This document shows positions 12,714 to 25,640 of a stretch of DNA of 64,000 bases, one piece after another (within the stretch, counting starts at the first letter, position 1; every line of letters starts with the position of its first letter). Source of the DNA: Octopus bimaculoides (taxonomy: Eukaryota); assembly GCF_001194135.2 (NCBI RefSeq), contig NC_068993.1, positions 15,853,394 through 15,917,393 on the forward strand, read 5' to 3'. Both the position numbers and the translations under genes were made by a program. The notes beneath the pieces are model-generated. The model ran no database searches. It was given only the letters and a program-made list of their open reading frames with translations, and had not been told where the DNA came from.

Positions 12714-13010
12714 AAAGAGAGAGAGAGAGAGAAAGTGAGAGAGAAAGAGAAAGAGTGAGAGAAAGAGAAAGAGTGAGAGAAAGAGAAAGAGTGAGAGAAA
12801 GAGTGAGAGAAAGAGAAGGAGTGAGAGAAAGAGCAAGAGTGAGAGAAAGAGAAAGAGTGAGAGAAAGAGAAAGAGTGAGAGAAAGAGAAAGAGAAAGAGA
12901 AAGCGTGAGAGAAAGAGAAAGAGAGAGAGAGTGGGGAGACAGACAGGCAGAGATAGACAGACAGACAGACAGACAAACAGAGTGACTGTCAGAAAGAGAA
13001 ACAGAGACAG
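12714..13010. repeat. Purine minisatellite (GAGAGAAAGAGAAAGAGT-like 18-mer) plus (GACA)n
   Basis: Direct repeats. Confidence 0.9.
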
Positions 13011-13674
13011 AGACAAGGAAAGTATGGTGAAAGGAAAAAGAAGTGAAAATAGTAATATCTGTGTAGAGGAGAAAAGATAGAGAAATTAAGACAGAACATT
13101 CTACGAAGTTAGAGTCTGGCTGAAAGAGAGAGAGAGAGGGGGGGAGAGAGAGTTTCGGTAAGCATGCAAGAGGAAGTGGTGAAAGTAACATGGAGATTTT
13201 AAGTAAGAAGTGAGAAGGCAAAATGAAAGAATAGGAAAATGAGACGTGGCAAAGTTTGTGATGTATGGCGTCTTTCGTTGTTCTCCATTAACCCTCTCTC
13301 TATTTCTTTCTGCGTTTATTCGGAGTGTTATTGAGGTGCGTCTTAGAATTTAAAATAATTACTTCTGATTTTGGCACATGGTCAGTTATTTTGCGGATGG
13401 AAGTTAGTCGATATGAAAGTATTATTGTTCTACGAGAACAATAACTATTATAAATATTCTGAATATACCTGTGTATCGAGAGGTAAAAGTTATTCCCACT
13501 TAAACGTGGATGATCTCTTAGAATAAACTTTACTGCTGTGGAAACCATGAGAGAAACTTTCATAAAGACCTTTGGTGCAAAATGCACGCTTGCTTATATC
13601 GCTAGCGAGACCCCCAACTACGCCGGCACAGATGCCACAAGATAGACAGATAGACAGATAGATAGATACATACA

Positions 13675-13705
<31 letters not shown>

Positions 13706-14118
13706 GCCCCAACTGAATTCTTCTGCAGTCTTATACATTCTTATGCAACAAAGTCCCGAAATCTAATTCTGTCAATGGTTTCTCATGTGTCTTTGGAAAA
13801 TTCGCGAGAGAAATATTTCACATATATCACGTCTACAAAACGGATAGCATGTCGTACCAGCAAGTGACAGAAGACGAAAAGCTTGTCATTCGATAACCTA
13901 ACATGTTGTGATACGTATTGTTCAAAATCTATACAAGAGAGACGCATATTGAGATTAATGCATCCATCTTTGTATACATTTACGACATGCTTTTCTATGT
14001 GAGATTTCATGAATAAATGTATGTGCTTGAGCTTGTGAAAATAACTTGTATGCGTGCGTACGTATGTATGTATGTATGTATGTGTGTGTATGTGTGTATA
14101 TATGTATATACATGTATG

Positions 14119-14154
<36 letters not shown>

Positions 14155-15725
14155 NNNNNNNNNNNNNNNNNNNNNNNNNNNNNNNNNNNNNNNNNNNNNN
14201 NNNNNNNNNNNNNNNNNNNNNNNNNNNNNNNNNNNNNNNNNNNNNNNNNNNNNNNNNNNNNNNNNNNNNNNNNNNNNNNNNNNNNNNNNNNNNNNNNNNN
14301 NNNNNNNNNNNNNNNNNNNNNNNNNNNNNNNNNNNNNNNNNNNNNNNNNNNNNNNNNNNNNNNNNNNNNNNNNNNNNNNNNNNNNNNNNNNNNNNNNNNN
14401 NNNNNNNNNNNNNNNNNNNNNNNNNNNNNNNNNNNNNNNNNNNNNNNNNNNNNNNNNNNNNNNNNNNNNNNNNNNNNNNNNNNNNNNNNNNNNNNNNNNN
14501 NNNNNNNNNNNNNNNNNNNNNNNNNNNNNNNNNNNNNNNNNNNNNNNNNNNNNNNNNNNNNNNNNNNNNNNNNNNNNNNNNNNNNNNNNNNNNNNNNNNN
14601 NNNNNNNNNNNNNNNNNNNNNNNNNNNNNNNNNNNNNNNNNNNNNNNNNNNNNNNNNNNNNNNNNNNNNNNNNNNNNNNNNNNNNNNNNNNNNNNNNNNN
14701 NNNNNNNNNNNNNNNNNNNNNNNNNNNNNNNNNNNNNNNNNNNNNNNNNNNNNNNNNNNNNNNNNNNNNNNNNNNNNNNNNNNNNNNNNNNNNNNNNNNN
14801 NNNNNNNNNNNNNNNNNNNNNNNNNNNNNNNNNNNNNNNNNNNNNNNNNNNNNNNNNNNNNNNNNNNNNNNNNNNNNNNNNNNNNNNNNNNNNNNNNNNN
14901 NNNNNNNNNNNNNNNNNNNNNNNNNNNNNNNNNNNNNNNNNNNNNNNNNNNNNNNNNNNNNNNNNNNNNNNNNNNNNNNNNNNNNNNNNNNNNNNNNNNN
15001 NNNNNNNNNNNNNNNNNNNNNNNNNNNNNNNNNNNNNNNNNNNNNAAAGTGACTTTTAGAATAAGTACTTGGAAATATAAATCCTGGAGTCGACTTTTTC
15101 CACTAAGAGTCTTCAAGGCCATCATTGAACTGTAGTACATTTAAGTTCATATTGGCTTTATATAACCTCTTTTAAGTTAAACATTTCATGGGTAGGTGGT
15201 GCTGTGTTGAATGATAATTAGTTTGAAAAGTAGGTTCTGATGGAAAAAAATTTATAGAAGACTTTCAGTGATGAAATTTGGAGTCGAGTTAATGTTCAAA
15301 ATTCAGTTATTGCATGTAGAACTTTGTAATCAAGTGTGCCCGTTTTGGTGTGTCAGCTTCAGTTCTTGGAGTTATTTTTTTAGGTTTCGCAAGTGAAAGG
15401 CTTATTTGTTCAGCAGATCGGTCACTAACCTTAGCTGTTGTTCATTTTATCTGGAGACTAATGTCCTTCGGTCATGCGGTTTTCAAAGTTTCACAAAAGA
15501 ATACAAGTATGCGGAAAAGTCACTTGGTCGGGAGACTTCTTTACTTTTTGTTGTTGTTATTCAGATTTAATTAGTCTGTTTTGGGAAGTTGGAGGTTAAA
15601 ATATTAGCAAAGCTTCATTTGTCCTATTATCGAAATGATGTATGTATGTATGTATACATACATACATACACACGCATAGACATACACATGCATATATAAC
15701 ATACACACACATCCTCACATACATA

Positions 15726-15756
<31 letters not shown>

Positions 15757-15860
15757 AGGGAGGCAAGGAGAGAGGAGATGAAATGTTATTATCGAAATGG
15801 TAAATGGTTCTCACTGACGAAGCCGATTTGAAAATAAAACACAATTCTCTCAATCCATTT

Positions 15861-16075
15861 TAACCGTTTCTACTCTAGGCACAAGGCCCGAAATTTTGGA
15901 GGAGGAGGCTATTCGATTGGATCGACCCCAGTACGCAACTGGTACTTAATTTTCGACCCCGAAAGGATGAAAGGCGAAGTCAACCTCGGCGGAATTTGAA
16001 CTCAGAACGTAGAGAGAGACGAAACACCGCTAAGCATTTCGCCCGGTGTGCTAACGTTTCTGCCAGCTCTCCGCC
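15861..16075 (-). mobile_element. Family-A SINE (alternative tail) with 16-bp TSD
   Basis: Perfect direct repeat TTCTCTCAATCCATTT at 15845-15860 and 16076-16091; tail GGCCTTGTGCCTAGAGTAGAAA. Confidence 0.92.
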
Positions 16076-16379
16076 TTCTCTCAATCCATTTATAACGAAA
16101 CACAAGACTGAAAAACTTAAACAGAAACGACAAAATAACTAAGATCAATTTATAAACGTTTAGAACGATACAGTAACAGGAGACCAGTTGTGAGATTTTA
16201 ACAATTTCAAATTTCAAATGCAACACACGTTATAAATAACGGAATCCAGATGGAAAAGTAGTTTTCTCCAGCGACAGGGAATAAGAGTAGAAATAAATTT
16301 GAAACTCTTCCAAGAAACGTGGAATCGAAATCTTAGACAACAAAATTGCAGTATGAACTACAATTATTGACAATTCAAG

Positions 16380-16762
16380 TGGAGGCGCAATGGCCCAGTG
16401 GTTAGGGCAGCGGACTCGCGGTCATAGGATCGCGGTTTCGATTCCCAGACCGGGCGTTGTGGGTGCTTATTGAGCGAAAACACCTAAAGCTTCACGAGGA
16501 TCCGGCAGGGGATGGTAGCGAACACTGCTGTACTTTTTCACCACCACTTTCTCTCACTCTTTCTTCTTGTTTCTGTTGTACCTGTAATTCAAAGGGCCAG
16601 CCTTGTCACACTGTGTCACGCTGAATATCCTCGAGAACTACGTTAAGGGTACACGTGTCTGTGGAGTGCTCAGCCATATGTACGTTAATTTCACGAGCAG
16701 GCTGTTCCGTTGATCAGATCAACTGGAACCCTCGACGTTGTAAGCGACGGAGTGCCAACAAC
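16380..16762 (+). mobile_element. Family-C tRNA-derived SINE, full length with 14-bp TSD
   Basis: A box TGGCCCAGTGG, B box GGTTTCGATTCC, (AAC)n tail; TSD ATTGAC(A/G)ATTCAAG at 16366-16379 and 16763-16776. Confidence 0.92.
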
Positions 16763-17652
16763 ATTGACGATTCAAGCTAATCAAATATCGGCAGTGGATT
16801 CTTTCGAAAACTTGTGCAGCGGAACAGAGATATACGTTGGAACTGAAAAATTAAAAGCAATAAATTTATCGAAGATGGTATTAACAATACAACATATTGA
16901 TATACTCGTAAAAGAACTACAATTGATGCCAACCCCGGAGATCCAATTATAAAGAAATTAAAAACATTTCACAATCTTTTCCATAATAGCCATTCACTAA
17001 AGAATTATTTGATAAAAATAACCATGATAACCGCTTGTTATGAACAAAAGCAATTACGTTTCATCCAAAGAAATAAATAAACCACTTGAGGATTTTGAAA
17101 TTTCTGAATATGTTACGTGAATAAAAGAAAAAAAATTAAGTGAAACTTCAGTATTGCTGAATGGAAAAATATGGTTGAATTGAAAGACGATAACGATATG
17201 ACAAATAAAGAAACTGGAAAAGGGAATGGAATTATATGGATGGATATTGAATAAGTGACTAATCTTGTTTTACGGATGCTAGTCACTAAGTATTCTACGA
17301 ACTGGTTAAAAACTACTATCGAGACTAAGTAACTTATAAAAAAAAATTGATCACATAATTACATAAATAATTTTTTTAAAAATATAAATCTAGATTTTTC
17401 TGGCATAACAAAACTTTGTAATAACAGAGCAGGCGAACCATGCAATGAATCCATAAGTGCCGGGTACGGCATAGACAGCCATTATTCGTTTTATCATAAA
17501 TTATAAGGTTTTAGTTTTTAGAAAAGGATAGTTTACCGGTTGACCGTAATGTTTATTGAGAATATTTCCATGAATTTTCTATTCAAAATGGACAACCTTT
17601 GCTTTCACGATGGCCCCTTAATCTTTTCTTAACCGAATTGTGTGATTTATTA

Positions 17653-17901
17653 TTCTTTAATTCTTTTATTCTTTTATTCTTTTATTTGTTTCAGTCATTT
17701 GACTGCGGCCATGCTGGAGCACCGCCTTTAGTCGAGCAAATTGACCCCAGGACTTATTCTTTGTAAGCTTAGTACTTATTCTATCGGTCTCGCCGAACCG
17801 CTAAGTGACGGGGACGTAAACACACCAGCATCGGTTGTTAAGCAATATTGGGGGGACACAGACACACAAACATACACAGACACACAAACATACACACACA
17901 C

Positions 17902-17939
<38 letters not shown>

Positions 17940-18102
17940 GACGGGATTCTTTCAGTTTCCCTCTACCAAATCCACTCACAAGGCTTTGGTCGGCCCGAGG
18001 CTATAGTAGAAGACACTTGCCCAAGGTGTCACGCAGTGGGACTGAACCCGGATCCATGTGGTTGGTAAGCAAGCTACTTACCACACAGCCACTCATGCGC
18101 CT
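17653..18102 (-). mobile_element. Family-B SINE, full length
   Basis: Minus strand: tRNA-like head AGGCGCATGAGTGGCTGTGTGGTAAG...GGTTCAGTCCC, CORE-like CCTTGGGCAAGTGTCTTC, internal (TA)/(TG) microsatellite, (AATAAAAG)-type tail. Confidence 0.9.
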
Positions 18103-18364
18103 ATTATGTTGAAATGATGGGTAAATGTATATGGCGAACCCTATATATGCATTAATATTCTATCAGCAAACGATTTAACATTAACAGCAATATAATTAAA
18201 AGATAAAAGATAAAAATAATATTAGCTGACATAGAATGTGAACCCTCAACTGAGTAGATGTTTTTATAGATAACTTATTGAAATAACTTCTAAAACACAT
18301 TTAAAGAAACATAACAGACTGTCTAGACATGATGTACTGCCTTCAAAAGTATATATCATTCAGG

Positions 18365-18770
18365 CAATATTTATTGTATCTTTTTATGTGAATTTGTTTA
18401 CCAAAATCGTAGACGACTATGGAATATATGCGGTTGGAGAACGATTGAGACAGAATTGATAATTAAATGATCAAAATTTTCTCTCCAAGTTAAGTATTAC
18501 ATAGTCGTGGTCAACTGTTATGAACAAGCTTATGGACGGACCTGCAATGGGGAAGAAAGTAGCCACGGTTTTCGCAAATTTAAGTAAGGGACAAATGTAA
18601 GTTACAATTTCCTGATGCAAGATGCTTGTATGGAATCGCTACGAGAGTAGGAAAACTCTTTCTACCAACAAATAAAGAGAAAATGCTTTTAGAGAAAATT
18701 TCTTTATTTTGGGGATTGGGAGTTTAGAGAGATTAAATGATCTTAAAATACTAATTAGTGAAATAAATAA
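18365..18770 (+). pseudogene. Decayed Penelope-like reverse transcriptase core
   Basis: In one frame: FIVSFYVNLFTKIVDDYGIYAV (from 18370; cf. ILVSFDVxSLYTNIPHxxGxxAI) and GPAMGKKVATVFANLSKG (18538-18591; cf. GTAMGTKxAPTYANLxMG). Downstream FFILGIGSLERL recalls the CFILW segment that follows YxDD. In-frame stops are present. Confidence 0.7.
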
Positions 18771-18967
18771 CTTTGCCTTTCATCCATCTGGGATGGATAA
18801 AATAAAATACCAGTCAAGTACTGAGGTTGATGATATCTACGTGAACCACTCCAAAAATCAATATTAGATTACTATATTGCAGTATTATCATTATCATCTT
18901 TAACATATTTGATATATAAAGATAACATTCATATAAACATGTGTGTGCGTGTATGTAGGAGTCACAT

Positions 18968-19000
<33 letters not shown>

Positions 19001-19630
19001 NNNNNNNNNNNNNNNNNNNNNNNNNNNNNNNNNNNNNNNNNNNNNNNNNNNNNNNNNNNNNNNNNNNNNNNNNNNNNNNNNNNNNNNNNNNNNNNNNNNN
19101 NNNNNNNNNNNNNNNNNNNNNNNNNNNNNNNNNNNNNNNNNNNNNNNNNNNNNNNNNNNNNNNNNNNNNNNNNNNNNNNNNNNNNNNNNNNNNNNNNNNN
19201 NNNNNNNNNNNNNNNNNNNNNNNNNNNNNNNNNNNNNNNNNNNNNNNNNNNNNNNNNNNNNNNNNNNNNNNNNNNNNNNNNNNNNNNNNNNNNNNNNNNN
19301 NNNNNNNNNNNNNNNNNNNNNNNNNNNNNNNNNNNNNNNNNNNNNNNNNNNNNNNNNNNNNNNNNNNNNNNNNNNNNNNNNNNNNNNNNNNNNNNNNNNN
19401 NNNNNNNNNNNNNNNNNNNNNNNNNNNNNNNNNNAGGACAGCAGTGGCAGCAGCAGTAGCAGCAGTTGCAATAGTAGTAGAGTGCGAGAAGTATATAATG
19501 AAGATCGCCTCTCTGCCATATTTTAAGTTCATATATCTAGATGTCACATATACAACGTTCTTAGATTTTTGTTTTTTCAAAGACATCTTCAATTTCGCTT
19601 TCATCCAATGATTCATTTCCTTCGTCACAT

Positions 19631-19662
<32 letters not shown>

Positions 19663-20389
19663 TATTTCTTTCTTTCTCTTTCTGTTCTTCCATCTTTTCG
19701 TTTCCTTTGCTAGTGGAGAAATCTGCTATTTGTTAAGTCCTACATACCGTTGGTGATCGAAAAGAACTCAGCATGCAACGTTCAACGTTTATTTCATCTC
19801 ATTTTATTTCATTTCACTTTAAACATTTTACCTCCTCCCCAACACCAACACCACCACCACCACCATCACCACCATCGATACTCACTGTCATTCCAATCCC
19901 ATTGCCATTCTCATCCCATACCCATACCCATAACCCCCCCTCACCCATCTCAACTCCATTCCCATGCCGTTACTTATTCCGTTCCATTCCTTTATAATTG
20001 AAATTTATAAAAGGTTACATATACCTGCTGGATACACTAGCGATTTATGACTGATGCTCTCCTACCACAACAGGAACTTCATCATTCAGAAATTCTATGA
20101 AAGAAATCATAGAACATACAATTATTTATCTTCCAAAGAATCTAAGTTGATGTCTATACATATTTCCAATGGCTAACACACATATTTCGAAAAGAGGTAA
20201 TTCGAGAGAGGTAATTTTATTCTTAGAAATTTTACTATTTTTATATCAATATATATATGCAGTTTAATAATCATACAGAGATGTAAAAATGTCTGTTCTT
20301 CTGATTTATTATTCAAATTGTTCACCATTCGAAAAAGAGCCGGTTTCTAACCCCAGAAACAAGACTCATTGGAATATAGATAACATGAA

Positions 20390-20635
20390 CTGTATGTATG
20401 TATGTATGTATGCATGTATGTATGTATGTATATGTGGATGTATGTATGAATGTATGTATGTGTGGATGAATGTATGTATGTATGTAAGCATGCATGCATG
20501 TATGTATGCTTGTATGTACAATGTATTATGTAAGCATGCATGTATGTATGTATGTATGTATGTATGCATGTATGTATGTATGTATGTATGTAAATAGGTA
20601 TGTATGTATGTATGCATGTATGTATGTATGTCCAT
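20390..20635. repeat. (ATGT)n microsatellite
   Basis: Direct repeats. Confidence 0.95.
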
Positions 20636-21078
20636 ATGTCTATACGTCTTACTGGATTAACTTTCGGATTTCTCACCAATGGAAAAAGATTTGGTTCCTA
20701 ACCTAGAAACGAGGGTCTTCGATCGAAAGTTGGACAAAACAAGAGGCAGTCGTATACGGATGATTGTCTGTGTTGTAGGAAAGTGTGTACGTATGTAAAT
20801 ATGTATGCATGTAGGTATGTATGAATGTATATATGCACGTAGATACGCATAAATGTAGGTATGTATGTAGGTTGGTAAGTAGGAATGTATCCGGTCTCTG
20901 TGTGTATCCGGCTTATGTATATGATGAGTATGATGGCATAAGCTAAATGTGGTGTAGAAAGTACAACAACAAATATACATATCAACAAATATACAAACTA
21001 CAATAAATGTATATTCTATATATTTCACCGCACGAGGATTAATTTTCTGGCAAATATATACATCTGAATATATAGATT

Positions 21079-21283
21079 GGCGGCGAGCTGGCAGAAACGT
21101 TAGCACGCCGCGTGAAATGCTTAGCGGTATTTCGTCTGCCGTTACGTTCTGAGTTCAAATCTCGCTAAGGTCAACTTTGCCTTTCATCCTTTCGGGGTCG
21201 ATTAAATAAATACCAGTTAATCCCTTTGTCTATCCTTGTTTGTCTTCTCTATGTTTAGCCCCCCTGTGGGCAATAAAGAAATA
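21079..21283 (+). mobile_element. Family-A SINE with short internal deletion
   Basis: Head GGCGGCGAGCTGGCAGAAACG, tail AATAAAGAAATA; ATATATACATCT present on both flanks. Confidence 0.9.
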
Positions 21284-21374
21284 CATATATACATCTAAAT
21301 TCATTCATACATTTCATGCTCATCAAGCACAAAGAAGACAATAGAAGATTAGTTGCCTCATACTCACTGCTGGT

Positions 21375-21633
21375 GTGGAGACGCGTGGGTTAGTGGTTAG
21401 GGTGTCAGCATCATGATCGTAAGATTGTGGTTTCGATTCCTAGACCGGGTGACGCGTTGTGTTCTTGAGTAAAACACTTCATTTCCCGTTGCTCCAGTCC
21501 ACTCAGCTGGCCAAAATGACTAACGCGGCGATGGACTGGCGTCCCGTCCAGCTGTGGAACACATACGCCACTGAAACCGGGGAACCGGACACATGAGCCT
21601 GGCTAGGCCTTAAAAGGGCGCATTTATTATTTT
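21375..21633 (+). mobile_element. Family-C-related SINE with a different 3' tail, 14-bp TSD
   Basis: tRNA-like head and TTCTTGAGTAAAACAC core as in family C; tail GCGATGGACTGGCGTCCCGTCCAG...GGCTAGGCCTTAAAAGGGCGCA; TSD TACTCA(C/T)TGCTGGT at 21361-21374 and 21634-21647. Confidence 0.88.
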
Positions 21634-22602
21634 TACTCATTGCTGGTAACATAAATTAGTGACAGAACATATTATGTCCAGCAGATATATCCTGAAATTC
21701 GAATGCCTCCTATCAGTTCGTAAATATTTCTTCGTTCGACGGTTAAATGTCATTTTGATTTTAATACAACAATTGAATTCTACGGACCAAAATACAGACA
21801 CTTTTGTAGTCATTAAGACAAAGACATAAACATTAAAATAGATCGGTTAGCTAGTGACAATGCAGCATCATATAAGAAATACAACGGATAAGTCTGACTA
21901 CGAAAGAGACGTAACATCCCAAAATAAGATTAGTAGGTTTCGAGTAGAAATACCGAACTGCTTGCTAAAAGCCGACGGGAGAAACATCCAAGTACAAACA
22001 GCAGATGGACTAATTGACCGATTCTATACAAAACAATCATTAACAAAAAAGCTCACACAGAAACATTTGAAAAAGACAAAAAAAAAACTCTCTTGCAATC
22101 TCTTACAAAACACCTCAAATACCATCAAAATAACATTCATTTTCATCAATAATAATTTGAACATTATTTTCGTTTCCTATTCTTATATTAATTTATATGT
22201 ATGTACGTATCTATCTAACTATCTATCTATCGATCCATCTATCACTCACTCTTACNNNNNNNNNNNNNNNNNNNNNNNNNNNNNNNNNNNNNNNNNNNNN
22301 NNNNNNNNNNNNNNNNNNNNNNNNNNNNNNNNNNNNNNNNNNNNNNNNNNNNNNNNNNNNNNNNNNNNNNNNNNNNNNNNNNNNNNNNNNNNNNNNNNNN
22401 NNNNNNNNNNNNNNNNNNNNNNNNNNNNNNNNNNNNNNNNNNNNNNNNNNNNNNNNNNNNNNNNNNNNNNNNNNNNNNNNNNNNNNNNNNNNNNNNNNNN
22501 NNNNNNNNNNNNNNNNNNNNNNNNNNNNNNNNNNNNNNNNNNNNNNNNNNNNNNNNNNNNNNNNNNNNNNNNNNNNNNNNNNNNNNNNNNNNNNNNNNNN
22601 NN

Positions 22603-22651
<49 letters not shown>

Positions 22652-22860
22652 GAGACAGAGAGAAAGAGAGAGAGATAGAAGGAGATATGTGTGTTTTTGG
22701 TTTGTGTGTTTCTATTGCGTATATCCAACTACTATCTTTATTTTATTTTTATTTAGTCATATTTCAATCTGAAATTTTATCATTGATTTAATGTCTGATT
22801 TATTATTTTCTTTTTATATAATATTTTGACTGGACACCTTTTTGGGAAGAATCATAGATA

Positions 22861-23091
22861 GGCGGCGAGCTGGCAGAAACGTTAGCACGCCGGGCGAAAT
22901 GCTTAGCGGTATTTCGTATGCCGTTACGTTCTGAGTTCAAATTCCGCCGAGGTTGACTTTGCCATTCGTCCTTTCGGGGTCGATAAATTAAGAACCAGTT
23001 ACGCACTGGAGTCGATGTGATCGACTTAATCCGTTTGTCTGTCCTTGTTTGTCCCCTCTATGTTTAGCCCCTTGTGGGCAATAAAGAAATA
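22861..23091 (+). mobile_element. Family-A SINE, full length
   Basis: Close match to the other family-A copies from head to AATAAAGAAATA tail. Confidence 0.92.
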
Positions 23092-24165
23092 AGATAGATA
23101 GATAGATAAACACACATATATATGTATGCACGTATCTATGCATGTGTGTATGTATGTATGTATGTATGTAGGTATGTATGTAAAGTTGGAAGTGTTTAAG
23201 AAATTGTATGGCTATAAAAATAGAAGACGTTTGAATGCATCATATTGTGATAAAAACAATTTCTCCTAAAAAAAAAATAACAACCAATCTATATTGGATT
23301 AAATTCGAACTTGCTTATGTCGGACAAAATACGTTAGGAAAAATTTAGTCAAAAAACGTAGAAGATTTAGAAATTTCGCATAACAAACTAAAATAAATGT
23401 GTACCTCAGAAAATGATAATATAATAAATGAAATAAATTCGACAAAAGAATTATCCGTTAGTTGAAATGGTTTCTCTGCATCGAAAGTCGTGGTAAAGGA
23501 GAAGCATTAAACAAATAATTTCAAACACAAATTTTACAAAACAATCAAAATTTGAATGTTTGCAAAATGGGAGAGAAGAAGCCAAATGAGATCAAAGTAT
23601 TAAAAAAAGGAAACCAAATAAGCGAAAATAACCGTATAAAAATTCGATATTATAAGAATGCAACAAGGTTAAAATATTGAATGATTTTTGAAGAAAAATA
23701 TCAAAAGAACTATGATGTAATAACGATTAGATAAAATAGAAACTAGTTTTATAGTGTAAATCAATAGATATTTAAAATTCAGATAGTGTGGTCATGTATG
23801 TGTGCATGCGTAGGTCTCTCTCTCTCTCTCTGTCCCTCTCTCTCTATCTCTATCTCTTCCTCTCTCTGTATGAGTGTGTGCACGCGCGTGTGAAATTGTG
23901 GTTTCGCTTCCAGCGCCTGCGTACCTTACTTTTGTTTTTCATTAAGTGCCCAAAAAGTTAAGCATAAAACGCCTTTCCACACACGGATCATATTTTATTA
24001 ACATAAAGGTATAGGTACAGATACATACACACACACACACACATACACACTTACATATGGGGAAGATTTGAGTGTTTACATGTTCACAAGCATATATATA
24101 TATATATATACTTACATATACATTCAATATATATTTATGTATGCATATCTATCTATCTATCTATC

Positions 24166-24242
<77 letters not shown>

Positions 24243-24674
24243 GTATATATGTATATATATATAAATATATGTGTGCATATATGGGTACAGAACGTCACTA
24301 AAAGTAAACAACATGAAACGTGAAAACAAATGGGTGAAACACGCACATAACGAGAGAAAAGTTTGAAAACAAGACAAGTAATACAAAACACGACCCTTCT
24401 TAAGTCGTCCGGGAGTAGATAGACAGCCGACAACTGAGGAAGTGTCGTTCTTTTTATTACTTCACAGTAGTAGTAAATACATACATACATACATATATAC
24501 ATAGACACACACACACATACAACACGAGATGTGTTCCGTTATTTAAAAGTAGATAGTAAACGAGGCATTACTAAATGAAATACTAACGAATAGAAATTCA
24601 ATAAAATTTATTAAATGTGTAATTTAAAAAGAAAGCAGACAGCTTCAATATTAGTTAAAGGTTACCAAGAGAAT

Positions 24675-24730
24675 ACGCAATGATGCTCACGCAATGATGC
24701 TCACGCAATGATGCTCACGCAATGATGCTC
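24675..24730. repeat. Perfect 14-bp minisatellite (ACGCAATGATGCTC)x4
   Basis: Four identical adjacent units. Confidence 0.95.
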
Positions 24731-25303
24731 ATGAAGAGAACTGGATGCAGTTCCTCGTTATGATCACGCACTAAGACCACAGAAGTTTGAAAATTATGTT
24801 CTTAAACATCTGAGTGTCAAAGTAGCTGATTCAACCGAATCTTCTTTTAGAGTGAATGTCCATCTTATGAAATTTAAATGAGGTAACTCGAATCATCCTC
24901 TAGTAGCACTTACAATATCGGATGACACGTGGGCGGAGGTGTTTCTCTTCAACATTTTCAAGTAGCTGACCCGGTCAGTGCAAACGGACGTTGGATTTGA
25001 CATGCTCAGGAAACGAATCATAACTACTTTCAAAATATTCAGCCTGAAATGGACAGTTGAAACAAATCCGATAAAATTAAAGTTTCTGAACATTAAGACG
25101 AACATTATCTCTAAACACACGTGCTATTCATAATTTAAATGCCGTCAGTTATATAGCTATACTACATCAAATTTGCTACCTAATATCCTTTCTCTTGACT
25201 AAAGATATTTGGTAGCATAAGCAAGATCGTATTCTGCTTTATCTTGCGATAATCTTATATTTAACAAAGATATTAGACGTGCTTATAATAAGAAAAATCA
25301 AAT

Positions 25304-25640
25304 AAAAAACGCCGCAAACGCTCAAGAACGTTGAAAATCATTTGGTGCAACCCACCGTGCAGTATTAATGCAAAAACTTGTTGTAAAGAACTTCTACTTC
25401 ATCATTAATACACTTCCGGTGAGAACACAAACTGCATCAAAAGTTCTTAACAAGAAGTCACGAGCAACATTCTCAGCAAAATGTTCTACTCCATGGAAAT
25501 CATATGCCTTGAAACAACCTGTGTATTTTGCGCTAATATATTCTTCGTTACCGTAACAGACAGTAAAAAAATTAGCCTGCTGTATAGAATTAACGGAAAA
25601 CATATTCAAAGCATCCCTACACCTAAAATATAAACTATTC
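25304..25640 (+). pseudogene. Decayed Penelope-like element fragment (linker to GIY-YIG), second lineage
   Basis: KKRRKRSRTLKIIWCNPPCS (cf. RxRxIIWFNPPxS). After a frameshift KNFYFIINTLP...SKVLNKK (cf. KxFLxLIDKHFP...KIFNRN), then IELTENIFK at 25584-25610 (cf. YIGLTENTFK). Confidence 0.55.

Noticed and set aside
15130-15590. Possible PLE C-terminus and hammerhead remnant on the minus strand
   Set aside because: Similarity (LLNK..., CTGAAGCTGAC...AAAAC) is too weak to support.
16381-16455. tRNA gene
   Set aside because: The A and B boxes run directly into SINE body and tail with a TSD, and no proper acceptor stem forms; it is a SINE head, as are similar sequences elsewhere.
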